Virus record (IMG/VR): IMGVR_UViG_3300048997_000353
Coordinates: 1-64,000 of that record
Length of the DNA stretch: 64,000 bases
Direction: 5' to 3' (one strand)
Source of the DNA: a virus
The notes below the pieces were generated by a model. That model saw only the letters and a list, made by a program, of their open reading frames with translations. It searched no databases and had not been told where the DNA came from. Below are positions 63,865-64,000 of the stretch, piece by piece. Numbering within the stretch: position 1 is the stretch's first letter; every line of letters begins with the position of its first letter. Made by a program: the position numbers and the translations under genes.

Positions 63865-64000
63865 GTCGGGGCGCCCTATCGAAAATTTCCACGCTGATCA
63901 GGTCTGGCCTCAGTACATCGACGCCTTGACGCTCGCAACGCGGATTCGTGCAGCGGATCAAAGTTAAAATCCGCGGTGATCGTTCGAGTTTATTACCACA

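Noticed and set aside
1-64000. Genome-wide TAG reassignment (genetic code 15-type phage)
   Set aside because: Long genes are intact under code 11 and many end in TAG right at the next gene start; only the pth2-like gene showed an internal TAG

Overview
This window is a 64-kb segment of a long-tailed (siphovirus-like) dsDNA phage or prophage, with essentially all genes on the minus strand. In transcription order (high to low coordinates) it holds: (1) a replication initiator with an internal iteron array and its partner gene; (2) small accessory genes; (3) an RNA-rich island at about 56.2-58.7 kb; (4) portal (fused to a gpF-like domain), prohead protease, scaffold-like protein and major capsid; (5) a glycosyltransferase / methyltransferase / NDP-sugar dehydrogenase cassette; (6) neck, tail tube, frameshifted tail chaperone, tape measure and DUF2460/DUF2163/NlpC-P60-type tail tip genes; (7) fibres and signal-peptide-bearing Ig/beta-helix proteins; (8) an atypical lysis region (papain, permuted papain, Tlde1-like); (9) an early operon with Cro-like HTH, RecT/Bet, exonuclease, SWIM proteins, RusA and ASCH. 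No terminase or integrase was recognised. An Acidobacteria-like host is only an inference from protein style. The most striking feature is the RNA island. A probably leaderless Pth2-like peptidyl-tRNA hydrolase gene begins ATG-ACA-TAG (in-frame amber at codon 3). Its reading frame runs without a stop through an atypical tRNA(CUA) and a 50-nt CCA-ending mini-tRNA, and it is followed by a second, canonical amber-suppressor tRNA(CUA). Nearby are a hammerhead ribozyme, a tRNA-Ala with an aberrant T-loop and a type I toxin-like small ORF. All family assignments come from motif recognition by eye, not from database searches.
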